A DNA stretch of 64,000 nt from Catajapyx aquilonaris (lineage: Eukaryota), in the NCBI GenBank assembly GCA_000934665.2, contig KZ538193.1:62001-126000 (forward strand), read 5' to 3'. The position numbers and the translations under genes were made by a program. This document shows, piece by piece, positions 41,599 to 55,940 of the stretch; position 1 is the stretch's first letter, and the number at the start of each line of letters is the position of its first letter. The notes under the pieces were generated by a model. It did no database searches. It was not told where the DNA came from and saw only the letters and a list, made by a program, of their open reading frames with translations.

Positions 41599-42472
41599 TA
41601 CTGTAATAATTATATAGATTTGCAAGGAATTTGTCTTATGAAGAGTATAAAATAATACTGGCAGAAAAGTGGCAGAAAATGTGGGGTATACCCTCTCATA
41701 ACGCGGATTGCCTGCACTTGTATTCGCTGTAAGTAATTTCTTTTTTCAAAGCGCCGCACTTAATTGGATCATATTAAATTAATATTTTATAGCAGTGCAA
41801 AAACCACTCCTCTTTGGGGAGAGGGGGGCCGGGAAATAAAAAGCTTGTAATATCACGTGTGAAACAGCTGGAAATGACGCGTTTCAAATTCATCCCTGGA
41901 GAGAAAACTGTAGGTTTTCGGTAGCCAAGCAGTATATAGCAAAGAAGATGCCCAGGGCAGCAGCAAAGCAGCAAAGCCAGGTGCTTATTACCAAGTGTCA
42001 TGCATTTTAATGCGTTTAATGCATTTTAAATCCCTCTGTACCTCTCAGTGAAATGTGGTAATTACTCAACACGCAACATGTGGACGTCTGTCCTTCTGCC
42101 TCTCAACTCCAGAATTGCACTGTTGAAAAGAGTGTCCGCTAGTTTTTCCTCCAGGCCCTGCTGCCTGCAATGCTGCCCAGCCAGCTATTTTTGTACAGAC
42201 AAGTTCTGGTTATACTCCTACACATAAACCCATCTGCATTGTTAATAACGGGACGGAAAATAGTGACATTTGCAAAAAGGGGATCCTGCTCCGTCATTAG
42301 GCTCATGAGACTTTAATCAAGAAAGGTCGTCATAATGCGACTGTGCATGCTGAAGTACGAAATGATATTATTATTATTGGCAAATTTTTTGCACACTGTT
42401 TTAGTCCCCTTTGCTAATATTCTGCATACTAAGTTGTGGCGGAAAAATTGCTGATTATGAGTCTTGAACATA

Positions 42473-42697
42473 CTAGTGAAGCCGCAGCCAAAATTTGGCG
42501 AAACCGATGTAATATAACAGTGACAAATGAAACAACTTTAATGAAATGGCCCGCCGATTTACCACTTACTTGTTATTACTAATCTTCACGCATAGATGGC
42601 GCATACTTCCTATGCACATTCCTGCCACCCTCAGGTTGTGCGAGGGGTATTGATACTATCAGACATCCGGCGGACAGAATGCCTATTAGGAGAAAGA
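42473..42697 (-). mobile_element. Non-autonomous Helitron, copy 1 (225 bp)
   Basis: Minus strand reads A|TCTTTCTCCTAATA...GCCAAATTTTGGC hairpin...CACTAG|T: 5'-TC, 3' hairpin plus CTAG, inserted between A and T with no TSD. Colinear with 61357-61573. Confidence 0.8.
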
Positions 42698-43001
42698 TAA
42701 TTATTGTCGATTTTTATTAATTTGTGATGATTTTGGTGTTGATGCAAGTGGGTTTTTCTGGCACCACCCTGTATTTTCTACATGCAGACCGAGACTTACA
42801 CACCGGATGGGCCGTGTTCATCTTCCGCCTCTCAGTATCCAAAGTGGTAATATAACCGAGCCATTCCTTCATTCTCAGTAGCATGTTTCGGTAGCACTTA
42901 GGAGAGAAGGCGTAAGTGTGAAGCCCAGAAAAGGTGCAGGTTGTGGGCGTTAGGTTGGGGGGGTTTGTGGGGGTGTATGCCTAATAAATCATCCTCCCCA
43001 T

Positions 43002-43102
43002 TCCCTCCCATCCTTCCCCCCCAATCCTTGCACTAGAATGCAGCCTTTNTCCCTCCCATCCTTCCCCCCCCCCCCCAATCCTTGCACTAGAATGCAGCCT
43101 TT
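43002..43102. other. ~50-bp direct duplication across a single N (probable assembly artefact)
   Basis: TCCCTCCCATCCTT(C)nAATCCTTGCACTAGAATGCAGCCTTT occurs on both sides of the N at 43049 and differs only in poly-C length. Confidence 0.75.
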
Positions 43103-46095
43103 TCCTCCCCCTTTACTTTAACGTCCCTTCCCTCGGTTGGTTTCCCTTTTAACCGAAGCCCATTATTCCGAGCCTGCTTTGTTGGGGCGAGAGTTATTAA
43201 GCCCTAGCTCGCGCCTTTTTTTTCTTCTTTCTTTCTTTTTCTTACACTACCCCGCCCGCCATTCCTGGCCCATAATTCCCTAGCCCTGGACCCCGCTTCC
43301 ACACTTTTTCCCCCCCCTTTCTTACGTTTTTTTTTTTCTTCTTCAGGGGGGTGGTTCTCTCAGCTTCTTCTTCCTATTTTCTTTCCCTCCCTTTACCGGC
43401 TGGGGGCGACTCTCGCTAGGAGGTCCGGGAGCCACCTTTATTGCCTCCACACACACTTTAATAAAGATCCGCTGAACCTTATAAAACTCTCCGTGTACAA
43501 ATAGTTTATCTCCCTGTCGGAGCTGCAGCTTTTTGGCGCGAAGGCAAAGTCCGCGAACAAAGAAAAGAGCGGTTCGGAATTCTCCTACCTCACCCCCCTC
43601 CCCTCTCCTCCCATCCCCAAAGTTCCCTCCTTCCCGGATAAATCTTTCCGATCACGGCGTTCATCCGGACAGGAATCGGAACGTAGGTTTTTGTGCCCTG
43701 TGCGGACATTGTTGGCCCCATTAATTCTTGGGGAGGGAGAGAGAGGGTGGTGCTAACCTGTGATTCGCTATAAATCGGAAAGTTTCGGAGAGGGGGGGGG
43801 AGGGAGGTAGAGGCCCCTGTGTTTCACACATGATTTAGATATCACTGCGACTATCAATTTCCATTAGTGTAAGCCCCCTGCGCTTAATGAAGTGGGAATA
43901 GGATGAACAGAGGGGCGAAAAGAAGGGGCCGCCGCCACACCAAGACGGGGCCGTGAAGGATGGCCGCGCCGCATATTGCTCCGGCTAAGCCCCGGCCGCC
44001 CCCAACAGATTTACGGCCATTGCGCCCCGAGGCGATTGCACACCCAACTTCCACCCCTTATTTTCTTCGGTAGCTTCACAAGAAAAGGGCTTCGGGATTG
44101 TGGAGCGCTATATCTGACGTCGGGGCGCCATGATTTTTAGTGGTTGCAGCTGCTGAAGGAAAACATGGAAAAATTCGGGGGATGGCCGCTCGGGGGCAGG
44201 GCAACACGCAGAGACATCTGTTGGCGTGGAGGGGTGAATGAGCTGGTGGATTATCCCTTATTAGCACACTGATCAAGTGCCTTGCAAAGGGGGGGGGGGG
44301 GGGGGAGGGGGNGGGGGGAAAATATTGCTTGTTTTCCTTGAGCAATTCCTAATATACTATTGCACTGTATAGGCCTACTGATTGTGAATATTGGTATGAT
44401 ACTTAGTTTTTAAAATAAGGTATGGATCTGATAATATATTCGCTCTTTGTATTCCAATGAATTTTCTATTGGGAATGACACATTGCATTGGAACTTTTGG
44501 CATAGCGGGGCGGCCAAGACATCACCTTATCAGGCTTATAAAATAGTCCTAGTGAATCCAATTTAATATTTGCAGCTAATACTGTATTTGATAACATGAG
44601 TAGGCTAACTGCTGAAAATAATAAGCGTAGTGCCAAAAATCGCCAACTGCGAAACGGACACTTCAATTCAAATCAATCCCTGCCTATAATCATAGGTTTT
44701 TCTTAATTTTGGCCAGATACAACCAGCCCTAACTTTGCTCAGCAATTTTTTTGTCGCATCCATACTGACAAAAAACACGACACGCTTGCACTAGGCAAAC
44801 ACCTTATTTTAATATTGGGAATAAATCATTGGGACACTCGCGCCACTTATCAGTTCCACTTCTGAAATTATTATGAGCATCAACATTCCACATGCGATAT
44901 GCCCTATGTGAAAATTGCCAATCTGAAATTAGATTTGAAAATAATATAGGATAAAGGGCTAGTCTTTCAGGAGAAGTTCTGCCTTTTTATTTCATCAACT
45001 TTGCATGATTTTTTGTAACATGTTATGTATTGAACCCCCAGAACTGCTATTCTCCTGCTACGAAATTATGAAGACATATCCTGCTCAGTGATATTTTAAA
45101 CACCACTGTACAGTCCGCTCGCAAAATGCAGCCTCATAATTTATAGTCGCTCCACATGTATAATAATTCGTTAGGAGACAGGCGCTCATGAATAGTTCGG
45201 TGGGTCCGTGCCAGAATCGTATAATATCTGTCTTCAGCTCTGTGGACAGACCTGTTGCAGCCTGCCGCTGGAAAAGGAAAAGAGTCTTCCTCTCCATCCA
45301 AAAACGGACCATGTGTGTGTGGGCAGCAGCACAGTGTGAGGAGGGGGGTGGGGGTGGACAATTGTGGGGCTTAATTCGAAGGAGCGCTTGTTGGGCTGGA
45401 GTGGACATAGACCTCTTGTCCTCCGGGGGGACATGGAGCCGTCAAGCTCGTGTTATTCCAGTCAGGCAGCCCGTCTGTCTGCCTCCAACTGACATCTTCT
45501 TGTCCCGTATCCGGAGCAGCAAGCCCACTGGACGTGGACACACGGCCGACGTGTATTCCCGGCCGGACACTAAGGGACGCCAACCGGGGAGCTTTCTGAG
45601 GTTTGTTTGCCCCTGGGACTCCCAACTAAATTCCTAAACATAAAGGGCTAATACTATAGGACCTTGCTGTCCGGGTATGTATGTATGTACACGGGACTAG
45701 GGATCCGGGGGGAAAGGATGTCTACAGGGATTTCCGGGTCTCGTTCATCAGTTACATTTTCCCGGGCTGTACCATCGCAGGGACATGGGTTTAATAATTT
45801 TGCGAGGTTTGGTCCGCTGGGGAGATTCCCTCCGCATCACCTGATTCCAGCTTTTCTGGTCGTTCGGTTCTCGTGTTTGTGTGTGTGTGAAAAAATTAGC
45901 TGGGGAGCAAAAAAATTGCAATTGTGATGCGGACTAATTAATCCAATACATTTCGTATGCAGTGGACAAGCACAGTACAAGCGTTACTTCTTGTACGTCC
46001 TGAAGCTTCACCAACGGGACCACATTTTTAGAAGGACCATGTTTATTAGAAAATAACATATTATAGGAATTTATTTGGACTTTGGTCACTGCTCA

Positions 46096-46229
46096 GGGCC
46101 GGTTTCAGCGAGCTATAGGTATATAATTATGATAAAATCAGTTTTCTTTTGGAAAATCCATACAAATATGTAGGGATTTTCCTAAAGAAACCTGGTTTTA
46201 TCATATACCGAGCTCGCTGAAACCGGCCC
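46096..46229. mobile_element. PIF/Harbinger-like MITE (134 bp, almost wholly palindromic)
   Basis: Perfect 19-bp TIR GGGCCGGTTTCAGCGAGCT...AGCTCGCTGAAACCGGCCC with 3-bp TSD TCA on both sides (46093-95, 46230-32). Confidence 0.88.
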
Positions 46230-46912
46230 TCAGTGAAACAAAATATAAGTTCATTAATTGTTGGTTAACATTGCTGTCAAAATCCGGCTGAATAATAATT
46301 CTGTTTTACTGACTGAATTGAGAGTTCCACTTCCACTGACAATGAGTGCATTCTGAAATATTATTTTACGCTTGGATTTATAGGAAGAAAATAGGTTTTG
46401 TCAGGTTTCTGTTACATACACAACAGTATAATAGCTTGCTGATAATAAATAAGTTACATTTCGAATTTATTCTGCTCAGAAAAGCATCTTCTTCGGAATG
46501 ATGCACGCCAAAATATATCATCAATAAAACGTCATAAACAGTCGTTGGCATGTAAAAGTATTACATTTGCAAGCCAACTATACTGCCCATGTCGTCAGTG
46601 TATGTTAACTATATGGACGACCGTGGATAATATTACGCAGCCATTTTAATGAGTATTTGTTGCCTGCGTCACTCACGCTTAGGCGTAATTTACTTCATTT
46701 GAAGCGCGTAGCAGTTGAACTAAAACAGAAGCGGGAAGTGTTTTGCAACAGATTAGCAAATACCCACAAGCAGCACAAAAATTGCAACAATGACCTCGCA
46801 CAAATTTTGCACCACAATGCTGCACAGATAAATCTGGGAGTAAACCATTGAAGGGTTGTGGAACTGAAGTGTTCACAATGGAGTATCATGCCTATCCTCC
46901 TGAGATCCTATA

Positions 46913-47330
46913 CAAGGTGTATCTGAACTCAGTGCCCCGTCGTATATGACTGCCTTCCTAGCCACCAGAGGATCGATTTAAGTATAGGAATCATATGTCT
47001 GGGCAGCCTCATTACGGAGATAATTGGCCGCCAACATGTAGTACAAAATATCCTGTCGGTTAGGCCACCCATCGAACCCTCCCCCAGTCAGAAGGCTCTG
47101 GAAGGTCTGGGGGCCGGACTTTGTTGGTTTGTTGCCCACAGGTGGTAAGGCCTCTTTGGCTAGTTACACCAGAAAATTCTATTTAAAAGTCCGATTAGGC
47201 AAAAATCGCTAAAGAGTGTATCTCAGTAATGAGGCTGCCCAGACATAATGACTCCTATACTTAAATCGATCCTCTGGTGGCTTAGGAAGGCAGTCATATA
47301 CGTCGGGGCACTGAGTTCAGATACACCCTG
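46913..47330. mobile_element. Tc1/mariner-type MITE with ~105-bp TIRs, copy 2
   Basis: TA|CAAGGTGTATCTGAACTCAGTGCCCCG...CGGGGCACTGAGTTCAGATACACCCTG|TA; TA TSD intact; same orientation as copy 1. Confidence 0.94.
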
Positions 47331-47501
47331 TATATGTCCAATATATTGGACATTCACATTTAATTATTTACCGCCTTGGTATGGAACAGATCGGAATAGC
47401 ACTAGGTTGAGTGATACTCAAGATAAATGGCGCTAGAGCGACTAAATACACTAGTCACTCTGGCGAGCAAACTTAGCAGCTTTCCATGACGGCTCAAGCA
47501 A

Positions 47502-47527
47502 AACAACAACAACAACAACAACAACAA
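47502..47527. repeat. (AAC)n microsatellite
   Basis: About 8 AAC units; shorter arrays of the same motif at ~19-31 and ~21753-21772. Confidence 0.85.
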
Positions 47528-50500
47528 TGAAGTACAAAAAATGTGGTATTTATCTGTCTTACAGTCAGTGCAGAAAAGATTTTTTTTGGAACTTTTAAAT
47601 GATCACCAAATGGAATATAAACTTTCATGACACTGTAATTTCTTCTCCTTGCAAATTTTTAAAGAAATTCATTGAAAAATATATAGAGAGAAGGGTTGAA
47701 GGAATGTTATATCTATACTGTAAGCCCGGATGTCCAATATTTTGGACATCTAATTTTGCAAAAAGTGGTGGCAAGAAAAAAATGAAATTATTTAAAATGG
47801 CTTCTACACCATATAGCAACCTCCCCTATGCAGTTCTTTCCAAGTACGTATTATATTGTACTAAGTAATTGCACCAATGGCTTATCGCGTCTCAGGATGA
47901 TAACGCAGAAAAAATCTGGGCAAATTATATCATGGAACACTGCTGACGTAATTTAAAAAGAGAGAATGAGTCAAGAAGAATCCAAATGAGCCTACTATAA
48001 TCAAGTGCAGGTCTTCAGAATCGCACGTGTGAGTTGTGCGTGTTTCGAATCACTTTGCATGTCAGTCCCAACTTCCTCTCCCGCGGTGTCCTTGCGGCTA
48101 CATATTGGTCTCTTCCTGCAATCAGAAAGCAGCAGTGTCTCACCCCTGCAATCATGTGATGGCCAGCAATAAGTATCCAACATGTCACGTCAGCAAATCA
48201 CTCAGCCCATTTTTTTGTGACAAATCGCTCATAGCTGGGTAAACACCACTGCAAGCTACACATGCTGGCCTTTGTAATGTATGGTTTTGAGTGGTGTTAT
48301 AGGTGATGGCAGAAGAGCTGGTGCTGCAGCGAAGCCGTGCTTCGCGTGCTGGAAAAGCGTTCCGGGCGCATTATTGCCAAATGGACGCTCTTTGTCCGGG
48401 GCCTGGCATCGGGCCTCATTTCCTCTTTCCATTAAGTCAGATCCGGGCTGGATAGGAGGTGAGGTGGGATGGGGGTGGCCCCCACTAGCTCGCCTGCTGC
48501 AAGCCTATCTATATGCATGCGCGCTTAGGCGATAACGCTTTTCATGGCGAGTTTTAATATAGAGATTTAGCGCCCTCTCTTTATGAACCCGGCCGTTTGG
48601 GGCCCAGCTTCTTCATTTCGCTGATGAAGCTAAGGTGTCACTTAAGATTGGCTGCGCTGCACTTACCTCCTACCATCCTTTTCCTTCCACGCAAACACAT
48701 TGCAGGCAGGAGGATGCTGAAAAATTCATGTTTGTTAAGAGAAGAAGGGGGCGGTCGCTGGGGTTGGGTGCTGGAGCACTTCATTCCGCAGCCAGGGTAA
48801 CCCTGCACACCCGTAAATTACTTCTATCAATGTTCAGAAGGTGCGAGGGGCACTTGATTTGCAGCCAGGAATTTTCCTTGGGGCTGCCTGCCAACACTGC
48901 TGCTTCTGGTGTTGACTCCGGGGAAATCTGGACAGGATGAATTGTCTTCCGGGGAGCCAAGGATCTCATTTTTGTTTATGGGCTTTTAGTTATTCCTTCC
49001 TAATGAATGTGGGTCCGTGAAATGGGCTTTTTTTGGTGGAGGTTGGGAAAGGCTGCTTCGTATCTGGTCTGATGCGACAGTTAATCAACCCATCCGATGA
49101 ATTCTTTACGCCTGCAGCTCATTAATCCGCCCCGCAACCCCTACATACTTTAAATATATTGTGCGTTTGAACATGCTAAGCCCGGGAAAGCACCCTGCAC
49201 GCCTGTTCGAATATGCAGCAGTCTGAGGCACGTCTTTTGTCATAAAACAGCATGGAGGGTGGCGAAAAAAATATATACAGGCATCGCATCTATCATGCTG
49301 CAGCATGTTGTGAAAAAAATGCGTACCCGACTGTGCAGTACAACCTGCAATGTGAATTAACGACATGCAATGTAGCTGTTATAATGACCTGACATGTACG
49401 GTAATAGTTATGTAGAATTTACTATTCATGTGTCAGGAATATCATGGACAATGCAGGTCTTTAAAAAATTACGTTTGGGTAAGTGGCGACTTTTGCTCCG
49501 AGTAATTATGCAACTGATGGTGACAGTAAATGATTCAAAACACGGCACAAAACGCTACATTTTTGACTAATCAATTATTGGCTTAATAATACAGGACATG
49601 GACGTGCATATCCGTGTAATATAATGCATTTAAAATGGTAATTCATTATCTACCATTATACAGCTCAATTGAAGATTTACACTGTTGCTTAACCCCAAAT
49701 GAGGCAGATATTCAGGCTGTTATACCAATTGGTGTATAATACCAATTAAGTGTAGCCTTTTTTTTGAAGACATCACGCAAAGTTTGGCGGGGTAAAAAAA
49801 TTAAGTTCAACGATATCCAAATCAGTGGCAAATTCATGACTGACACCAAAAATTCCTCCTTTGTAACCAGCTGTAGTGCCTCCTAATCACCTTGATGTAC
49901 TGAACCTGTTATTTGTAGATAATTAATGAACCTTGATTCTGTTGCCAGCCAGGAACTTCGCATGCTTTCCTCCCGTAATATCAATTTTCATTTATTAGAC
50001 TGATAGTTGATTAACGACGTGAGGCTGCTGGCTTCTTCGCCTGTCCCGTGTTGCAAAAGCGCTGCCAGCACGTCTTGCATATATACGGGGGAGGCTAATA
50101 TTGTTTTGAACGCATAATAATGGCAGGGTTGACGGACGGAGGGAGCGGAGCATTTATTGTTTTCAAAGTGAGGAAACGCAGGCATGACGAGAGTGGAAAG
50201 AGATGGACAGCTGCGAGCACGTTTGCTCGCTACACAAACATTTTTCATCCATGACAACCCCCTACACCTTTATAGAGCTTTCAGGGTTCATGTAAAATCG
50301 GAAGTCAATAGAAGGTCAGCTCATACCACATACGGTGTGCAAGAAGTAAGGCCTTCAACTGAATCACAGTAGATCCGGATTTGTACCCTAACAAAATGCT
50401 TTCTTTGAAAGGAGGCTAAACTTGGTTAACAGAGAATTTGTAGGAGCAATGGCAAGTAGAGGAGCCAAAGAGTTTTGGGTGGGAAGTGGCCGATCTAATC

Positions 50501-53500
50501 AGGGTGGAATGGGCGCGAAAAAGACACTTTCATTACAGCGCTTTGGACGCTCGATCAAATAAATTAAGTACAATGCCGGGGCCTGGCGTGCCGAGCCGAG
50601 CGAGCACAGGATGGGCGGGGACCACCATTACCGCAGGGGGGCCGAATTAAGCGCACGGGGGGGCAAATTTCATTAAAGGTGATGTAAGCGGACTCAACAC
50701 GAGGAGGCAGCAGAACCCCCCTCCTCCTCTCCCCCTACACCCCTCAGACGAAGCCGGCAATTAACTATGGAAATTTGCCACAAATCAGATGGTAATCTGC
50801 TGCTGATCGACTTAACTGACGCTTTTGCGATCGTTCACGGGAAGGATTGTTGGACCCCCGCGATATTGCACCGTTCCGTATAGAATATATAGGGGAGAGA
50901 GAGGGTCTGTGGGTTGCTGGCATGTATAAGGTGCTGTGTGTGCTTCATTCATATTACTCCCTTCTTTATCTCGGGAGGGTATCGCATAATAGGAGACGTG
51001 ACGCAGATTGTTAACAACTGTAAGGAAATCGAAACAGTTTGGTTGGTGAGGACAATATTAGCCGACCTTGATTATTAACATTGATTGATCTTCGCCTAAC
51101 TGATATGAATTCTGTTGGTGACGCAGTACCGAAAGAAACAATCGCTGTTGACATGAAATCTGATTGTCAGATGTAGGATTTAGCCTAACGGTATATTCCC
51201 ATGGTCATATTATGTACCGGTATGTTACCTTTTGATGTAATACGGTATACATTAAGACTGTGAATGACGGAATGTACTAGTCTTTCAAAAACACCTGCAG
51301 GGTTTCATAGTATTTGCAAAATTATGCAATATTCTGCAAAAATATATGTAATTGTGCACATGAATTGAATATTACCAGTAACTCATGTATTATTTTAATA
51401 AATGTGTAGAGACTGTGACTTTAGTTATAAATTCTGCACGAGAGGGATACTCTAATGGGCAGTGTATGATGCTTCATTTTTTGTTGCGAAAATTTTGTTG
51501 CCGAATTAAAATTGTATTCATGTAAGAGAAAAAAGGGCGTACTTTTGCTTCGCGCAATTTTGCTCTAAAAGATTCAGCTCTGAATTAAGAAGTAATCTAG
51601 CAGATCCCTTATGATACGCTGTATATGTACAGCATGATTACGCCATAAAAATTAGAGTAGAAATTACACAAACAATGCCATCTTGTGCAACCCTAATCTT
51701 CAACTTGCTTCCAACGTCCATGTAATATACTATGCAGACAAATGCTGCAAATAGAAATGTTCCTGGGAAAATGAGCGAATAGATTCGTGTTTCAAGTGGA
51801 AACAGTACAGCTTATAGCCCTGTATATGCTTGTATGTGCAGCACCAAAAATTGAGAACTGATAGACTTTTACAACTATACTTCTACAGTATTTGTAATAA
51901 TTATACTATACTGGACATAACTTATTTCCTTTCAAAAAAAATACGTACAGTAAGTTATATTGTTTGGTATTTTTAGTAACGGAAAATTGTTACACTGTAA
52001 ATCGCCCTCGGATACAGCCGGAGTCACGATGGACAACTTGATCATATAAGGATCGTGTTCCAATATTAACATTGTCTGTTGGAAACATATTTTTTTAGAA
52101 CTGTAATCTTTCATATAATATGTAAGGGTTCGCTATACTGCTTCTCTGGGTATATTTATTATATTATACGGTATTACGTATTTTCATGTAGGCCCTATAA
52201 TAATTATGTTCAAACCATTGCAGGTTATTAATGGCGCTCGTGATTGATTGAGATGAGTAACAATCCTGTCAATTTTTAAAATATCTGCAACGAGTTCAGT
52301 TTTTACCTATAGGTTTGTATGTACGTAGTTTACATAAAAATTATAAACAATTTTTTGGACTTTAAGGTAATTATGCAGAATTTGTATAGTGTAAAGCATA
52401 CCGGTATACCCTACACTTCTGGTGTGCTGCTTACTCATCATGTCTTAACCTCGGGCAGTGATGAGCTGATGACACACCTTTCCGGGAATACTCCCAAACC
52501 AGCTTTTCAATAAGCTTCCTATGCCATTTCCCCCGATGACTCCTTATGTGCAGAAAGAGAATCGCGTCATGTACATGAGTATCCTGCAGCGTTGTATCAG
52601 ATGGATCAGATGCTGTACATTTTAAACTCGCTAAAAGGCTTGCACAACATAATTAAATCATCGGAATGTACAGTGTACAGTACCTCCCAACACGGCACTG
52701 CACTCGACCAAACCCTGATTAGAACCCCGACCCCAAAATCAATCTGGGTGCCAAGTGTATGCAAAACTCGATGCAAAAAGATTGGCGGCGTCTGGTCTGG
52801 AGATGATGAGAAAGTTGCAAAAGCATCCTAATTAGGAAGCCGCCTGCTTCTGATTGCTCCTCTCTCTTCTTTTTTACCCTCGGCTGCATCTCCATCGAAC
52901 TCTTCATTTTCCCTGACATTCAATATTAAATTCCGCTCTTCCCCGCGGCACAAGCCGAGGACTCTTCTGATGTATATAACCCAAGAGGAGCAAGGGAATA
53001 AGGTATAGGGGGAAAGCGGGGAGGGAGACCCGATTCTTCACAATCATTGTCATTATTTTAATCATCATGACAGCCAAGGATGCGTCCAATATGCCGGAAA
53101 TTTATTACTAATTTGGCTTCAGGCCAGTTTTTTTGGCGGGTATGAAAACGACCCTTAACGTTGATGGCTTATGGATAAAGTGTACAATATAACATTGGTC
53201 CCCCAGCTCTTTCGGAAAAGGAGGTGGGTGGGAGAGGGGAGGGAATAAAAATTGTTGGGGGAGGGGGGGTGGGCGGGTATAAGCATGAGACATAAATGTT
53301 TTTGGGGGGCCCTTGAGAGACGTTCGGCAGAAGAGGTGAGCTCTAGCACCGATTGCTAAGCAACCGTCGAGGTAATAAGTTATAGTTGGCTTGGAAGAGC
53401 AGCCTTGTTTCACCCACCCGCGTTATTATGAGAGACAATATGAAATTTTCGGTGGAGGGTCCTTAATGAAAACGACCCTTGTGCGCCGACCGGGAAGCTT

Positions 53501-55932
53501 TTGATGCTTATTGCATTCCGCGAGCCACCGGGGCAACCAGAAGTACAGGTAGGGGTGGAGGTAGGTATAGGAGAGGGGATGGGGAAAAAAAGGGGTGCAG
53601 GCAGGTATATAGAGGGGGAGGGGGAGAGAGAGTCTCGACCTGACATGCACCTGTCCAATACTGTTGCGAATATCTGGAAGCGACACACAGCGGGAAGGGT
53701 CGGGGGGAATGCATGCTGGGGAGAAAAATGCTGTGCTGTATAGATGCATAGGCTGCAGCCAAAGCAATGCAGTCTTTCAAAAGTTGGAACATTTCAAATG
53801 ATGGTATACTCGACACAACCCACAAGTCAATCGAAATATTTTTTAAAGTGACACTACTTGATATTGTAAGCTTTATTGCTCTACAACAATCAGAACTCTG
53901 GCAAGGTGAATGTTCAAAATAACTGTGCTCGTGTGTGAATCCTGTTTTTATGCGCCGGGATATATACTCTAGTCCAAAATATTTTTGGGACATAATATAG
54001 ACCCATACCATATCAAGCTTCTGTGCTATCCTCGTACCTCCCAAAAAATTATAAATTTCTGACTGAATTTGCCACCAAAGCATCCATGCCAAGCTTCCCC
54101 CCCCCCATAAACTCTCATAAACCACAATTTTAGATAAATGTTGTTATTACTAATGTTAAGTTTAGCTGAAAATGTGCATATGAGTTTTCCTCCAGATGCC
54201 TATATTTTATTGGTGTTGCGAAAACCTTCAATCTAAATGATGGATTTTGCAGTTTTGTTCTCACTCAAAGGCGTCAGGAACCCGTTTTGGAAATGTATTC
54301 TTTAATTTTGATGGCAATTGTACAAATAGATAATCGGAATGTATTTTCGAGTTGTTGTTCACTATATAAAACTGAATTTGAAGAAATTTAATGTCCAAAA
54401 TTATGGTTTCCCGCCATTGGATTATACATCCGATTAAGGGGCTTGCGTGATCAATTGCATCACACTAAAGTCATTTATTTAATTACATAATTATGATCAG
54501 TGCGGCCACTTTTAATACAAGTTACTCAACTCTGAAAATCGAGTTTTATATAGGGATAGGGACTGATATACAATGTTTAAATGTGACGATTTTAAATAAG
54601 AAATGTGCAAACCTGCGAATTTATGCGGCCGGGAATGTCGCAACCACATATTCGAAGTAGCAAACCCTTTTTAGTAACATTATGAGAAAGAATACGTTGC
54701 ACTAAAATAACTTTATTGTAGTACAATATAGTTTCCGCAAAATCTGATCCTGCTCGGATCCTGCATATACGTACAGTACATCATCTTTCTTATTCCTTTA
54801 TTTATTACAAATATTTGACGCCCCGAAGCTTGCCCCGAAGTCTTCTCGTGAACATGTGTGAACACACGAGGCTTTCTGTAAACTTGCGTACGGGAGTGGT
54901 CAACCTCTCGAATGTATCGAAGAAGGAATAAATTTTTCGTAACGTGCATTGCCCCGACCTCTCATCAGGCCCTCCAGCTTCATGGCTCAAAGGGCGATAA
55001 TGTTAAAGGGCCACGCGCAAACTTAGGGCAGATGTGAAGGCTGTGTCACTGACATTTTATCTAACCAGCACATGTGGTTCCTCCCCTTGGGTCATCTGTG
55101 GTATTTAGACAAAACATTGAGTTGAACTTTCCAATAAGAATAATCCGGCACCGTTACGTGGCGGCGAATATCTAATAACGACGTGAATGATAGCAGCTAA
55201 CAGCCCCGAAGAAGTTACTTTTACAACCGGCAGCAGAGTTTTAAAAATATATGTTTTCTCTCTATCACCCTATAATAACCCTTGAGGCTGTGCGATGGTC
55301 AATCCCTACTTTCCCCAAGAGTATAGATTAAGACCAGACGGACCATATGGTGGAAGGGTCACGTTTTCAGGAGTCACCCGCTGGCTTTGTAGGGCTTTGA
55401 CCTGCTGAAGGGTCAATCTGATACCATGGGTTCCCCTTTGCCTAATTTCAACTTCTCCGAAAAGCATCTGTGAAAGGGCTGCTGTTGAATGTTTCCAGAC
55501 TTATTAGGAAGTATGCTATTTTAATAGCCGCACATGAACCGACAATTTGTAGCCCACTTTAATAGTTGATGAAACAAATATAATTGAACGCTTGCTCTAT
55601 ATTTGTGAGGAAAATGCTATTGGATACTGATTGTTTGAATGTTTGGGCTATGCTGGTGACCCAATAATATAGTCGGGATTTTTATTACTGAATTGTTCAG
55701 TTTTGTTAACCATTTCAATTATCCACATTACACCCATTCAAAACTTAATGTCATGGATGACGTTGACCAACATTGCATAAACTCCCTCTACTGAAAAAAA
55801 ACATGATCATTTCCCATCCTTTCATTCAAGTCTTTTTTGTAGTTCCTACTACTTTAGACAATGAAGTGCGCACTTACTCAACCCGCCTGCAAATACATTG
55901 TAGATCATACCGCATGTCGTTGCCTTCCCCCC

Positions 55933-55940
55933 TATAAATA
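55933..55940 (+). promoter_or_regulatory. Candidate TATA box for otp
   Basis: TATAAATA about 630 bp upstream of the otp ATG, at the start of a GC-rich block that also has CCAAT/ATTGG motifs (~56159, ~56275); motif only. Confidence 0.3.

Noticed and set aside
43002..43102. Biological tandem duplication
   Set aside because: The copies flank an N and differ only in homopolymer length, typical of a contig-join artefact.
47248..47436. Short ORF as a transposase fragment
   Set aside because: Starts within a MITE TIR and has no DDE/D or HTH resemblance; I found no autonomous transposase in the window.
53508..54125. Longest ORF in the track (205 aa)
   Set aside because: Non-ATG start, no recognisable domain, crosses an AT/GC compositional boundary into low-complexity sequence.
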